Of a stretch of DNA of 64,000 nt, positions 63,320 to 64,000 are shown piece after piece. A model generated the notes under the pieces. It worked only from the letters and a program-made list of their open reading frames with translations, had not been told where the DNA came from and made no database searches. How positions within the stretch are numbered: the stretch's first letter is position 1; each line of letters opens with the position of its first letter. Source of the DNA: Gammaproteobacteria bacterium (GTDB lineage Bacteria; Pseudomonadota; Gammaproteobacteria; Magnimaribacterales; TMED112); contig JAYPTH010000002.1 of assembly GCA_038133485.1 (NCBI GenBank), forward strand, positions 13,899 through 77,898, written 5' to 3'. The position numbers and the translations under genes are program-made.

Positions 63320-64000
63320 AACTTTGCCTTTTGTAATGCATCGCATATTGCATTGAATTCTTCAATTGTTTCTTCAATTATATCTTTAACTGATTTCACC
63401 TTATCTATTAAACCAATTGATTGTCCTGCCAATGCTGGTGCAGCTTCCATGTCGCCCTCAAAGTAAAGTTTTTTGATTCCACCCAAAGCTGACATATCCA
63501 TCACACCTTTTTCATGTATTTCTTCGGTTAATTTTGATTTTAGAGCTCTAATACAAGGCCTACCCTTCTTGTTTAGTATGTAAGTGCCTTCTTCTGATGA
63601 ATTAATAATTTTCTCTTTGTAGTTCTGATGAACTGGACTTTCCAAAGATGATACAAATCGAGTACCCATTTGAATACCTTCAGCACCAGCTGCAAAGGCT
63701 GCAGCCATCCCTCGTCCATCAACAATACCTCCTGCTGCCACGATCGGAATCGTGGTATGCTTCTTAATTGATTGTATTAGGACATGAAGTCCAACTTCTT
63801 CAGAAGCTTTAAATCCACCACCCTCAGTTCCTTCAACAACGAGCCCATCAACTCCTGCATCAACTGCCTTTAATGCCCCTTTTAAGCTTGGCACAGCATG
63901 AAAGACTGTGATGCCGGCATCTTTTAAAATATGAATGTATTTGCTTGGATCGCCAGCAGATGTGGTGACAAATTTGACCCCGGCTTCTGCAACAATATTC
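63316..64000 (-). CDS. Nitronate monooxygenase family FMN oxidoreductase, 5' end beyond window
   Basis: The frame is open to the window edge: NIVAEAGVKFVTTSAGDPSKYIHILKDAGITVFHAVPSLKG. Motifs EGTEGGGF and IVAAGGIVDGRGMAAAFAAGA. The track start at 63894 is an internal GTG. Confidence 0.8.
   Translation of the reverse strand, partial: NIVAEAGVKFVTTSAGDPSKYIHILKDAGITVFHAVPSLKGALKAVDAGVDGLVVEGTEGGGFKASEEVGLHVLIQSIKKHTTIPIVAAGGIVDGRGMAAAFAAGAEGIQMGTRFVSSLESPVHQNYKEKIINSSEEGTYILNKKGRPCIRALKSKLTEEIHEKGVMDMSALGGIKKLYFEGDMEAAPALAGQSIGLIDKVKSVKDIIEETIEEFNAICDALQKAKL

Noticed and set aside
1-64000. CRISPR arrays, transposases, integrases, prophage genes, rRNA, and large structured RNAs (RNase P, tmRNA, riboswitches).
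   Set aside because: No spaced identical repeats were seen. No ORF has recombinase, transposase or phage motifs. Apart from the 247-nt gap that holds tRNA-His, the longest intergenic gaps (about 100-180 nt) are too short or lack the conserved cores of these RNAs. Absence is by inspection only, and a covariance-model scan could still find small RNAs.

Overview
AT-rich (about one-third GC by eye, not computed), very gene-dense chromosomal segment of a marine gammaproteobacterium. The gene content suggests a streamlined pelagic lineage such as SAR86; this taxonomic call is inference. Supporting synteny: clpP-clpX-lon-hupB-ppiD, hda-DUF2066 divergent from purM-purN-DUF3108, a FabY-type condensing enzyme, and a proteorhodopsin. 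I call 59 protein-coding genes, two of them cut by the window edges. There are 6 tRNAs, all minus strand with encoded CCA: His-GTG, Arg-TCT, Pro-TGG, Asp-GTC, Val-TAC, Val-GAC. I also call three clear hairpin terminators and a few candidate regulatory sites. I found no rRNA, CRISPR array, integrase, transposase, prophage or recognisable defence genes, so nothing here looks like a classical mobile island. Most genes abut or overlap by 1-11 nt. Four convergent gene pairs share a palindromic TTAA double stop. Three tRNAs end 8-18 nt before the next start codon. Accessory modules worth a second look: (1) a beta-1,3-glucan (laminarin) locus with two leaderless GH17 genes, a GPH symporter, a secreted clan GH-A glycosidase of unassigned family and a divergent 1149-aa GH94/GH149-like putative phosphorylase; (2) a translationally coupled sandwich of two paralogous TIGR02206/YwaF-family membrane proteins around a GMC oxidoreductase, coupled on to birA; (3) an ArnT-like / tandem PAP2 / ArnC-like cassette with no Ara4N synthesis genes; (4) an A9 run with an A-AAA-AAG slippery site in dnaX, with stops close by in both alternative frames; (5) a reduced Atu-like carboxylase cluster joined to a nitronate monooxygenase and an MFS transporter; (6) a DhlA-like haloalkane dehalogenase with an enlarged cap region in a five-gene operon; (7) a blue-tuned (Q105) proteorhodopsin without a signal peptide, bracketed by tRNA genes. 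All functional calls rest on motif reading and remembered family knowledge. No database search was run.
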